Shown here piece after piece: positions 18,621 to 27,224 of a stretch of DNA of 45,733 nt. Below the pieces are notes generated by a model. It did not search any database and was not told the DNA's origin. It saw only the letters and a list, made by a program, of their open reading frames with translations. The position numbers and the translations under genes are program-made. How positions within the stretch are numbered: position 1 is the stretch's first letter; every line of letters starts with the position of its first letter. Source of the stretch: a virus (taxonomy: Duplodnaviria > Caudoviricetes); IMG/VR virus record IMGVR_UViG_3300032227_000101, positions 1 through 45,733 of that record. The stretch is one strand, 5' to 3'.

Positions 18621-19136
18621 TTATAGACGATCAATCTCAAAATAATCGTATCTGAGCGTTAAGTCTGCTGTAGAAGATTCGTTAGCACTAGACATAGTAG
18701 AAAACTGAATACCACTTAATGTTGTTGGATGACAGTTATAAAACTTTAATCTTAGATTAGGTAGATTAGAGTTGGTGTTAACGGTCAATACGCCGTCATA
18801 GTATGGTGACTTATTTTTTTGGTTTCTTACATATGATTTGAAGTCTACAGGAAATGTCAAACTCTTTAACCAGTTATAAGTTTCTTCCCATACTCTTAAG
18901 TCTTCATCTACAAGAAATGTTATAGTCAAAGGATCATAAACAAGTTTATCACCATGTCTGTATGTTTCAGAGAATGGTGTAGGTATTGTAACTTCAGAAG
19001 TACCTACTGATGGCCAATTAACTGTCTGACAAAAGTATCTGGCGAATGGTAGATTAGGTACGATAAACGTGAACTTCGTAGACTGTACAAAGTTTGTATT
19101 ATCCGGAATTCTTGTCAGTAGTGAATTGTCTGTCAT
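18621..19136 (-). CDS. gp3: Tail tube terminator / tail completion protein
   Basis: YFCQTVNWP, GDKLVYDPLTITFLVDEDL, FYNCHPTTLS; follows gp23. Confidence 0.88.
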   Translation of the reverse strand: MTDNSLLTRIPDNTNFVQSTKFTFIVPNLPFARYFCQTVNWPSVGTSEVTIPTPFSETYRHGDKLVYDPLTITFLVDEDLRVWEETYNWLKSLTFPVDFKSYVRNQKNKSPYYDGVLTVNTNSNLPNLRLKFYNCHPTTLSGIQFSTMSSANESSTADLTLRYDYFEIDRL

Positions 19137-19154
19137 AAGATTATACCTCTGAGT

Positions 19155-19162
19155 TATTTATA
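19155..19162 (-). promoter_or_regulatory. T4-type late promoter for gp3
   Basis: TATAAATA on the minus strand. Confidence 0.75.
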
Positions 19163-19192
19163 CAAACAAAAAGGGCAGGATTTCTCCTGCCC
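19163..19192 (-). terminator. Intrinsic terminator after gp23
   Basis: GGGCAGGA-GAAA-TCCTGCCC followed by TTTTTGTTTG. Confidence 0.88.
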
Positions 19193-19219
19193 CAGTCTTG
19201 TTTTCTTTTCTTGCCTTTA

Positions 19220-20566
19220 TTACGTAAGGTTACGCACTCTGAAGATGCGGTAGTAGATGTTCGCATTGTTTGCGTTTGTTGTACGGTCAGCAACCTGGCC
19301 GTCACCAGCAGCGGTAGCAAATGGGTTTGCAACCATGCCGTAACGTGTCTTGAAGCCGATCTTTGGCTGGAATGAATCCTGACCGATTGCGCGTACCATC
19401 TGTAGAGGTACGTATGGGCAGTAGAATAGACCAGCGTCATAAGGTGAAGTACCCTTATAACCAACTGTACATAGTTCGTCACCGTTAGCTGAACCACCGA
19501 AGTAAGGATCGATGTATACCTTTACACGACCGTGAAGTGTACCAGCGAAGGTGTTGCCAGTATCGTCAACGTTTAGGTTAGCCTGTAGAGCAGGTGTGTA
19601 GTCAAGAACGCCAGCCATTGCAAGAGCAGAAGCAACGTCAGAAGAAACGATTAGGGTGTTACCCTTACCACGACGAGTTGCACGAGCGATTGCGTTGCAT
19701 TCACGTTCGATCTGGAATACAAGACCCTTGAACTTTTCAACTGACCAACGGCCGTTTGAGTCTGTGTCAAGATCGAATGTACCAGCGGTTGTTACACCGT
19801 ACTGAGCGCCTACTGTAGCAGAGCGGTAGATAGAACGAACAACTTCTCTGTTGATTTCTGCAAGGATTTCAGTTGAGAGGATGTTTGCAAGTTCTGTTTC
19901 AGCATCAAGACCGTGAACAGCCTTAAGATCCTGAGCAAGTTCCATTGTGTACTCAGCTTTTAGGGCGCGTGACTTTGCAGTTACGGTTACCTTGTCAATT
20001 GAGAATGCCATTTCAGCAAACATGTTTGTTGAAACATCACCAAGAGCTTCAGCCTGAGCTGTTGTCATACCGGTACCTACGCCGTATGTTGATGCTGTAG
20101 CAGTATCAAATACTGGGTTTGTGTTACCGATTGGATATGAAGAAGAGAAAGTACCACGGGTGTTACCGTTAGCACCAAGTGAGTTTGTACCAGAGAAAGC
20201 GGTGTTAGCTTCGTTGAAGAGAGCTTCTGTGCCTGTCTGTGAACCGTAACGTGAACGCATAGCGAAGATAAGTCCTGTTGGACCTGTCATTGGCTGTACG
20301 CCGCAGATGTCATAAGCAAGTAGGTTAGGAAGCGCACGACGAACCAATGAGATAAGAATTGGATCGTATGCAGCGATGTTGTTGCCACCGTAGTTGTTTG
20401 TTGGTGCGGTTTCGTTAAGCTGACGGCCTTCTTCTGCCATCGCTCTTTCTTGGTTCTCAAGGATCATCGCAGTAACAGCACGACGATATGGGTCCTTAAT
20501 CTTGTTTAGACCTTCGTGATCCAATACTGGTGACCACTTAGCTTCTAATTGTTCTGATAGATACAT
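19220..20566 (-). CDS. gp23: Major capsid protein
   Basis: DPILISLVRR, CGVQPMTGPTGLIFAMR, SRALKAEYTMELAQDLKAVHGLDAE, FQPKIGFKTRYG. Confidence 0.99.
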   Translation of the reverse strand: MYLSEQLEAKWSPVLDHEGLNKIKDPYRRAVTAMILENQERAMAEEGRQLNETAPTNNYGGNNIAAYDPILISLVRRALPNLLAYDICGVQPMTGPTGLIFAMRSRYGSQTGTEALFNEANTAFSGTNSLGANGNTRGTFSSSYPIGNTNPVFDTATASTYGVGTGMTTAQAEALGDVSTNMFAEMAFSIDKVTVTAKSRALKAEYTMELAQDLKAVHGLDAETELANILSTEILAEINREVVRSIYRSATVGAQYGVTTAGTFDLDTDSNGRWSVEKFKGLVFQIERECNAIARATRRGKGNTLIVSSDVASALAMAGVLDYTPALQANLNVDDTGNTFAGTLHGRVKVYIDPYFGGSANGDELCTVGYKGTSPYDAGLFYCPYVPLQMVRAIGQDSFQPKIGFKTRYGMVANPFATAAGDGQVADRTTNANNANIYYRIFRVRNLT

Positions 20567-20601
20567 TTTTGTTCTCCTTTAAAGAATCTATATTTCTGTA
20601 T

Positions 20602-20609
20602 TATTTATA
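20602..20609 (-). promoter_or_regulatory. Late promoter for gp23
   Basis: TATAAATA upstream of SD AGGAG. Confidence 0.8.
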
Positions 20610-20617
20610 ATTTTTTA

Positions 20618-21868
20618 TTACTTAGGAAGAGACTTACCTAGCGCCTTAACGTACTTTGCCATTGGGCCGTTTAACTCTTCTGCGATCATTGTTTTACCTT
20701 CTGTGCCAGGCTCAATAAGATCAAGTTCTCTTGGAGCTTTAACAGCAGATGATGGGAAATAACTTTCCTTTAGTGTAGAAACCTTTTCTGCGTACTCTTC
20801 AACTGAATCGTATGTAATACCTTCAGCTAGTGTCTTAAGCTTATCGGCCTGAGTTGCAGTTAGACCTTCTGTCATCTGGTTAAATACTTCAACCTGCTGG
20901 CTTTCTGAAAGCATCTTGTTAAGAATGACATTTCTTTCAATTTCTTCGTTGAGCTTATCGGTCAACTCTTCGACATGAGCGCCCATTTCTTCGATAACTG
21001 ATACTTTGTCTTCTGGAATATCAATGTAGTTCTCAATGAACAGGTTGTGCAGACCAGAGATAAAATCTTCTGTTAGTTCTGTACGAAGACCTGCTTCAAT
21101 AGCAACTTCATTTTCGACCATCCAATTTTCAACAACATAGTTTAAATAGTCATCTACGTTATTTGATAGTTCTTCGTGAATAGAGGCAACCTGTTCTTCT
21201 AAAGTCTGAGCATAGGCCTCTTCAATTGCAGCTAGTTCTTCTTCTAGCTTACGCTTTACAGCAGCTTCAAAGATGGCTGTTGCCTTAGCGCGGAATTCTT
21301 CTGATAGTTCTTCACCAGAGAATAGAGCTTCAATGTCTTCTGACATGTCGACCTCATAGTCTTCCATTACAGATTCTTCTGCATCTTCTTCTAGTGTTTC
21401 ATCTTCTTCTGTAACTAGTTCAAAGTTTTCATCAATTGCTTCTGCAATTTCTTCTTCTGATAGACCTTCTTCTAGGCATAGATCAATGAAAGCTTCCAGT
21501 TCTTCAGAGATTTCAATTTCTTCTTCTTCGTTGATTTCTTCTTCAAGTTCAACATCTTCTTCCATCACTTCAGCTTGAGACTTGCGGCCTTCAGCAGGAA
21601 CAGTACCCTTGCGTGACTGTGAAGAAGGTGATGTGTCCTTCTTTGCCTGACCAGAAGCCTTAGCTGATGGAGGAACGTCTGTGTTATTAACTAGAGCAGG
21701 ACCTAGATCCTGTGCTGAGTTTGATAGAGGACTTGGATCTGCATATGCAGAACCTGGTCTTAATGAAGCCTTAAGTGGTGTCATAGACTTGGCATCACGA
21801 TCTGGTGCTGGGTCGTTAGACTCATTCATCAGAATTGCCTTTGCTACTTCAGTAAGTGACTTACCCAT
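20618..21868 (-). CDS. gp22: Prohead core scaffold protein
   Basis: LSEEFRAKATAIFEAAV, VDDYLNYVVENW, LKESYF; acidic; between gp21 and gp23. Confidence 0.95.
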   Translation of the reverse strand: MGKSLTEVAKAILMNESNDPAPDRDAKSMTPLKASLRPGSAYADPSPLSNSAQDLGPALVNNTDVPPSAKASGQAKKDTSPSSQSRKGTVPAEGRKSQAEVMEEDVELEEEINEEEEIEISEELEAFIDLCLEEGLSEEEIAEAIDENFELVTEEDETLEEDAEESVMEDYEVDMSEDIEALFSGEELSEEFRAKATAIFEAAVKRKLEEELAAIEEAYAQTLEEQVASIHEELSNNVDDYLNYVVENWMVENEVAIEAGLRTELTEDFISGLHNLFIENYIDIPEDKVSVIEEMGAHVEELTDKLNEEIERNVILNKMLSESQQVEVFNQMTEGLTATQADKLKTLAEGITYDSVEEYAEKVSTLKESYFPSSAVKAPRELDLIEPGTEGKTMIAEELNGPMAKYVKALGKSLPK

Positions 21869-21893
21869 GTTTTAAATACTCCTTATTTTATAT

Positions 21894-21901
21894 TATTTAT
21901 A
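21894..21901 (-). promoter_or_regulatory. Late promoter for gp22
   Basis: TATAAATA. Confidence 0.75.
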
Positions 21902-21905
21902 TTAT

Positions 21906-22550
21906 TTAAAGTTTTGAGAGATAGTTTTCAAAAATTTTAAGAGCAACGTTCTCAATGTCATGTCTTGATGCTTCTTTTAGCATCTTGCGCGCATGATCAT
22001 GATGTATTGCTTTCCATCCTTGATTTGTTAAAACCCATTCTGCATTTTCCATGATGCCCTGAACGAAAGCGTCAGGTGCTGATGGATCTGCAACAATATC
22101 AGCCGCTGTAGCTAAATGAAAGTCGGGTTGAACGAGTTGATAGCCGTTGGTTGGCTTAAGAGACCCTACGCCTCTCGTTGACACACCTAGACTTGCTCCA
22201 CCATCTAATAAACTTTTCACAATTTTACCATTTGGAGTATCTAAGATTTTTGCTTTACCAATGAAGTTATTACCATCTGCATAAAGCTTTGTGATCATGT
22301 GTGATACACGATCTAGATTGATTGCTGGCGAATCTGGATGACCAAGTTCACCAAACGCTCTATTCTTATTTACATAATCTCTATTGTATCTTTCCACTTC
22401 TTTTGAAAGAACTTGATTTGGATATACGCGACCGTTTCTATTTTGTTTTTCGGCCTGCATGAAGATACCTTCAATAAAATGCTCTTTTTTACCGTTTACT
22501 TCTTCGGTAATATAATAAACATTTAAAACTTCTTCTGTAATGAGTTTCAT
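21906..22550 (-). CDS. gp21: Prohead protease
   Basis: IEGIFMQA, NRNGRVY, GELGHP, GVSTRGVGSL, DIVADPSAPDA. Confidence 0.97.
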   Translation of the reverse strand: MKLITEEVLNVYYITEEVNGKKEHFIEGIFMQAEKQNRNGRVYPNQVLSKEVERYNRDYVNKNRAFGELGHPDSPAINLDRVSHMITKLYADGNNFIGKAKILDTPNGKIVKSLLDGGASLGVSTRGVGSLKPTNGYQLVQPDFHLATAADIVADPSAPDAFVQGIMENAEWVLTNQGWKAIHHDHARKMLKEASRHDIENVALKIFENYLSKL

Positions 22551-22554
22551 TTAC

Positions 22555-23571
22555 TTAAATTCCTAGTGATTTGCGTCTACGTAATGAACGTTGACGTTTC
22601 ATTAATGTTCTGGCCATCTTTGCTTTACGCTTTAGTTTACCTTTGCGTTGACCTAATTTACGGCGTCTGCGTTCTGCGGCCGACATGCGCTTAAGTTGAC
22701 CGCCGCGCAAAGTCATGCCTGGTATATTTGATACTCTCTTGCGGCGCTCAATTTTACCACCACGAATACGTGCCTTGACAAGCTTGATACGAGCTTCATC
22801 TAGTTGTTCCTCATCAAGGTCTTCCTTAACAACTTTCCAACGCTTAACTTGTGTACCACACTTGGTACAATGAAGAACTCCATACATATCATCATGTTGA
22901 GATGTTTCATGATATTTACCTTTATGACACTTGGTACAAGTTTTATTTGTCATATCTATTTTTTTATCTTCTTCGCTCATATAATCAGCAACAGAGTTTA
23001 AGTAGTCAGCGGCTTTTGTAATTTTTGATTGTGTCCAAGCTTCAAGTTCTTTGTTGCCTTTAACTTTTGACATAATGCTTTTGGCATCTTTTGTTATGGC
23101 ATTTAGTTCTGAACGAACCATAGAACTTTCTTCACCAGATTCTTCTTCTTCTTTCAAGTCACCTTTTTCAGATGTATTAACAGTTTGCTTTCCTTGTAAG
23201 TTGCCTTTACCTGATGCAACTATTTCAGGTTTTTTTGCTACTATTGCTTTAGTTTTTTTACCAGTTTTAACTACATCAGCATTTTTCATAAACCAAGAAG
23301 GATCTCTTGTGCCTCTACGATCTTCAATGCTGTTATAGTCCGGCTTTTCTCTTGATAAATCCATTTCATCAATTTCGTCTTCTTCTATAACATCACGATA
23401 TAGTTTTTCTTGTCTAGAACTAGGCATTCCGTTCCAAGCATTTCTTTCAGCCATAATCATCTTCTTCTTCTCAATCATCTTTCTTTCAATGATGTAGTAG
23501 AGAGATTCTTTAATAATAGAATTTGCATCATCATAATCTTTAATAACAATGCTTTCAATTAAGTATTTCAT
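22555..23571 (-). CDS. Prohead core protein (gp68-like, extended)
   Basis: Directly upstream of gp21; very basic C-terminus ending RSLRRRKSLGI; many L/I-x-E sites. Confidence 0.6.
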   Translation of the reverse strand: MKYLIESIVIKDYDDANSIIKESLYYIIERKMIEKKKMIMAERNAWNGMPSSRQEKLYRDVIEEDEIDEMDLSREKPDYNSIEDRRGTRDPSWFMKNADVVKTGKKTKAIVAKKPEIVASGKGNLQGKQTVNTSEKGDLKEEEESGEESSMVRSELNAITKDAKSIMSKVKGNKELEAWTQSKITKAADYLNSVADYMSEEDKKIDMTNKTCTKCHKGKYHETSQHDDMYGVLHCTKCGTQVKRWKVVKEDLDEEQLDEARIKLVKARIRGGKIERRKRVSNIPGMTLRGGQLKRMSAAERRRRKLGQRKGKLKRKAKMARTLMKRQRSLRRRKSLGI

Positions 23572-24071
23572 GGTGCTGCGCGACCTCTGTTGAACGCTAC
23601 TGGATCTGCTGTCTGACCAGCATCATAATCTGTTGAATCTTTACGCAAATCAACAAACAATGTAAATACATCACCTGCTGCTGCACCAGATGTTGAGAAT
23701 AAAATATCTCCATTTGCAGATGCTTCTGGATTGCTTACTGTAGCACCATCACCCATTGATTCGAAGTTATAGTCAAATGATCCTGTATTGAAGGTAACAA
23801 TTTCACTGTTTGTAGTACCACGCCACTGTAGCTTTACATAGCCAGTTGACTTGTTTGTACCAAAAATTCTCTTGATCTTTGTTCTATATAACGAACGGAT
23901 ATCAGTATTGCTTGTCATGATATAGCCGCTAGTATTCAAAGCACCTGATAGAGTAGATGCATCTACAAGAAGAGTATTAGCTTCAGCAGTATCTACATAG
24001 ACAAAAACATACTTAATCAAAGCTCTCTTTGCATTATCAACAATTCTTTGCTCTCTTAATAGATTGGCCAT
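23568..24071 (-). CDS. Hypothetical virion structural protein
   Basis: 167 aa, beta-rich, within the head operon. Confidence 0.6.
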   Translation of the reverse strand: MANLLREQRIVDNAKRALIKYVFVYVDTAEANTLLVDASTLSGALNTSGYIMTSNTDIRSLYRTKIKRIFGTNKSTGYVKLQWRGTTNSEIVTFNTGSFDYNFESMGDGATVSNPEASANGDILFSTSGAAAGDVFTLFVDLRKDSTDYDAGQTADPVAFNRGRAAP

Positions 24072-24076
24072 CCGTT

Positions 24077-25729
24077 TTAATTCCTGTTGTCAATTGCAAA
24101 TTTGCTAATCTTCTTAAAATTATCAATGCTCTCATCAAGCATATTAGCCATTGCTTGTTTGTTATTTTTATTTAGTGATTCATATATATTTATTATTTTT
24201 TTGGCTAATGGATATCCAACGCTTATATCATTACCATCATTAAAATTGATGGTTTTAGTTTCACCTTCAGAGATTGTCTTTAGCATCTGAATAGTATTTT
24301 CATTCTGTTGATAATTTTGTTGAAGAGCTTTGCGGTTTAATTGCGTGTCTCTAGTTGCTATTGTTGTAGTAGGGCCACCAACTCTTTGAGTAAATGATGA
24401 TGTTCTGCCTTCTATTTCTGGCAATTTTCTATAACTTGTTTTGTACTGATCGCCTGTTGAACCACTTGAATTGCCGCCACCTGAAGTTAAAGAAGCTAGT
24501 GCTGCACCTGCACCAAAACCTAAACCTTTATTTTTTTTGCCTTTGAAAGGATTTTTATTTCTTTTTCTAAACTTTTCAATTTTTGCAAGTTGCTGTTCTC
24601 TTCTAGCTGCTTTAGCAGCCTTTTCAGCAGCAGCCTTTCTACCTGCCTTATACTTATTAATTTTATCACCTATGTATTTACCAACATCATCAACCTTCTT
24701 TGAACCATACTTTAATGCATCATCAGCATACTTTAATGCATCATCAGCATATTTTGAACCATACTTTAATGCGGCACCACCAGCTGCACCAAGTGCTTTA
24801 AGTATTACATTTTCATTTAATTGTCTTTGTGCTTCTAGATTAGCTCTGAAGTCTTCACGAACTACAGTATTCTTTCTAACACCAGTTAGTGGTGATACTG
24901 TCATTTTCTTCATTCGAATTCGTGTGGTTTCAAGTCCTTCTTTTACCATTTTTCTAGCTATAGAACCAACAATGCCACCAGCAAGAGTACCTAGTGCTGC
25001 TGCTCTATTACCGCCTTTTAAAAATTCGCCGGCTTGAGCGGCGTAACCGTGTTCACCGCCAAACTTTATTGCCGCCTGATATTGACGACCTTTTTTAATT
25101 CTTTCTAGTCTCTGAGCTTGTGTTTGCTTGCCTAATTTTGTTCGAACCATTAGCTTCTTCTTTTTAGCAGGAAGAACAGGGTTCATTTTTCTAGTTGAAT
25201 TGACTAGTTCATCTTGCTCATCATCAGACATGCTACTGAAAGCTTTAGCTTCATTCAAACCATCGATATTAGGCCCGCGAGTAATTGTGTTGACTGGATC
25301 AACTGGAATAGGAATGTATCTATTGATCTTGTCTGCCCAGTACATAACAACCTTGCCGCCGCCTGGGAATGATCTAATCGCTCTGCGTCTTAGCATGATA
25401 ATATTTGGTAGATCATTAATATCTCTAGTAGTCGGATCAAGTCTACCTTCATCCAAATATTCTTCTTTCATTACATTCTGTTTTACTTTTTGGTATACAG
25501 ACTGATTAGAAAGAACTTGATCCATCAATGAATCAAGCAGACTAACAAGCATACGTTTTTCTTGGCCTGAAATCTTATCAGCAGATTTATCCAATGCTTT
25601 CTTCAAAGCAGGTAGCTTTTTAGAGTCAAATAGACCAGCGCGAACCAGAGAAGAAAGCTTACGATCTTCAGTTTCTTCTCTCTCAGCGAGTATTACTTTG
25701 TGTTCACGAATCTGCTTGATATTCTTCAT
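24077..25729 (-). CDS. Putative internal head protein
   Basis: MKNIKQIRE leader, multiple LxE/VxE sites, Gly/Ala-rich hydrophobic segments. Confidence 0.55.
   Translation of the reverse strand: MKNIKQIREHKVILAEREETEDRKLSSLVRAGLFDSKKLPALKKALDKSADKISGQEKRMLVSLLDSLMDQVLSNQSVYQKVKQNVMKEEYLDEGRLDPTTRDINDLPNIIMLRRRAIRSFPGGGKVVMYWADKINRYIPIPVDPVNTITRGPNIDGLNEAKAFSSMSDDEQDELVNSTRKMNPVLPAKKKKLMVRTKLGKQTQAQRLERIKKGRQYQAAIKFGGEHGYAAQAGEFLKGGNRAAALGTLAGGIVGSIARKMVKEGLETTRIRMKKMTVSPLTGVRKNTVVREDFRANLEAQRQLNENVILKALGAAGGAALKYGSKYADDALKYADDALKYGSKKVDDVGKYIGDKINKYKAGRKAAAEKAAKAARREQQLAKIEKFRKRNKNPFKGKKNKGLGFGAGAALASLTSGGGNSSGSTGDQYKTSYRKLPEIEGRTSSFTQRVGGPTTTIATRDTQLNRKALQQNYQQNENTIQMLKTISEGETKTINFNDGNDISVGYPLAKKIINIYESLNKNNKQAMANMLDESIDNFKKISKFAIDNRN
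24700..24772. repeat. Short coding tandem repeat (21-bp unit) encoding KYADDAL twice, flanked by ALKYGSK twice
   Basis: catactttaatgcatcatcag at 24706 and 24727; ttgaaccatactttaatgc at 24700 and 24754. Confidence 0.9.
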
Positions 25730-25735
25730 TTTATA

Positions 25736-26266
25736 TTAACCCTTCTTTTCGGCTCTTTCGATGCCCTTCTTACGTTTCATGGCGCGCTTGTTTCTATCGA
25801 CAGCCATCTTGTATTGGCTATCTTTATGCGGAATACCTTTTGTCCATGCTTTATCTGGATCAGTGAGGTTCTTCTTATAGTGTTCACGGTCAGAAATAGC
25901 TAGGTCTCTATCAGCGTTAGCAGCCTTAAGATATGCGGCCTTCTTTTTTGGATTATTTAGAACTTCGTCAAGCTTCTTTTTCTGACGAGCTACAAACTTA
26001 TCAGCAAGTTCACCTGTAAGACGAGCAGGTACTTTACCATACTTCTTCATGTGCTTCTCACGACTTTCGTCATCTTCCTTTGCAGCTTTTCTACCTTCAG
26101 CAGCAGGACTTGATTCAAAGACCTGACCAAAGTATTTCTGACCAATATCAACCTTCTTTTCATCAAGTTTCATTATTGCCTTTTCTGATAAAGAAACAGA
26201 AAAGTTTTTACGCATTTCATCCAGATTACCTTCTAGAATGTTTACGATTGCTTTTTCTACACTCAT
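25736..26266 (-). CDS. Prohead core protein (gp67-like)
   Basis: IVNILEGNLDEMRKNF..LSEKA..KLDEKK N-terminus; position downstream of the portal; K-rich. Confidence 0.55.
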   Translation of the reverse strand: MSVEKAIVNILEGNLDEMRKNFSVSLSEKAIMKLDEKKVDIGQKYFGQVFESSPAAEGRKAAKEDDESREKHMKKYGKVPARLTGELADKFVARQKKKLDEVLNNPKKKAAYLKAANADRDLAISDREHYKKNLTDPDKAWTKGIPHKDSQYKMAVDRNKRAMKRKKGIERAEKKG

Positions 26267-26294
26267 TTATTTTTCTCCGAGATTATTGGTAATG

Positions 26295-26302
26295 TATTTA
26301 TA
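26295..26302 (-). promoter_or_regulatory. Late promoter
   Basis: TATAAATA overlapping the ART stop codon. Confidence 0.7.
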
Positions 26303-27224
26303 CATCTTCTACTAACTGACAATGAAACAAAGATATTATGTTGCCTTGAGGATTAGCACTCACTATTGCATCATTAATATTATGAGGACCAGATATAATC
26401 TGAATCTTAGACCCTCTTGGTAACAATGTCTCTTTCTCACCAATACTATCCGTAACAGCATCGGCATAAATGGCTTTTTGTCCTTTAGATACTTCAATCT
26501 GGAGAACTACGCCGCCACCATCTTGTAGACTATCAATTGCAGTTGTAAAATCTAATGATGCTGAAGTATATCCTCTAAAGATATATTCACCGTTCTGAGT
26601 AAAACTTTCTGGGCTATAGCGACCGCTTAACCCTGTATATGCTGTGTAGGCAAAAGGAGACTGAGTGTTTTCAAATGCTGAATCCATAGCTTGTACAGCA
26701 GACTCAATTTGTGCAGCTTGATTCACATCAACTCCTTGATCATGTCCTTTATACAGATACTTGTTAATAGCTTCAGAACCCTCATTTTTATAGAAACTAA
26801 TTGCATCTAATTCAGCCTGATCAAACATATTTGGTTTATATGACTTAAGTAGTCCTTTATCATAAGCAGCAGCTTCTTTATTCTTTTCTTTGATAATTCT
26901 GCTATCTTCTCTGTCACGGGTATTTAATACATCAGTATAAAAATTTGCTTGATCTTGAGCTATTCTGTTCTTGTCTGAAGTTAATGCATTAGCTGTTGGC
27001 TGCATCGTTTTGGCGTGCATAGCCTGAACTTCTTCTCGTCTCTTAAAAGGAACAAGACGATCATTATCAACTACGTATGCAACCTGACCTTTGTTATCAG
27101 CATAACGTCCAAAACCAACATATGTTAGACCAAGTTTTCTGGCCTCTCTTGCTGCATTAGATGTAGGTTCTGATTTGACTTCTAGTGCTAGGCTTTCTAC
27201 TAAAAAATTACCAAACTTTTTCAC
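26298..27224 (-). CDS. VIP2/Alt-like ADP-ribosyltransferase domain protein, probably capsid-packaged
   Basis: INKYL, GYTSASL, VLQIEVSKGQKAIY, EKETLLPRG (ExE); leader MKKFGNFLVE. Confidence 0.8.
   Translation of the reverse strand: MKKFGNFLVESLALEVKSEPTSNAAREARKLGLTYVGFGRYADNKGQVAYVVDNDRLVPFKRREEVQAMHAKTMQPTANALTSDKNRIAQDQANFYTDVLNTRDREDSRIIKEKNKEAAAYDKGLLKSYKPNMFDQAELDAISFYKNEGSEAINKYLYKGHDQGVDVNQAAQIESAVQAMDSAFENTQSPFAYTAYTGLSGRYSPESFTQNGEYIFRGYTSASLDFTTAIDSLQDGGGVVLQIEVSKGQKAIYADAVTDSIGEKETLLPRGSKIQIISGPHNINDAIVSANPQGNIISLFHCQLVEDV

Noticed and set aside
19141-19497. 118-aa alternative-frame ORF over the gp23 3' end (possible frameshift extension)
   Set aside because: It crosses the terminator, and I saw no convincing slippery site or domain
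24471-25037. 188-aa + strand ORF, and the other short + strand or nested ORFs in the track
   Set aside because: They lie opposite or inside well-supported minus-strand genes and show no independent signals
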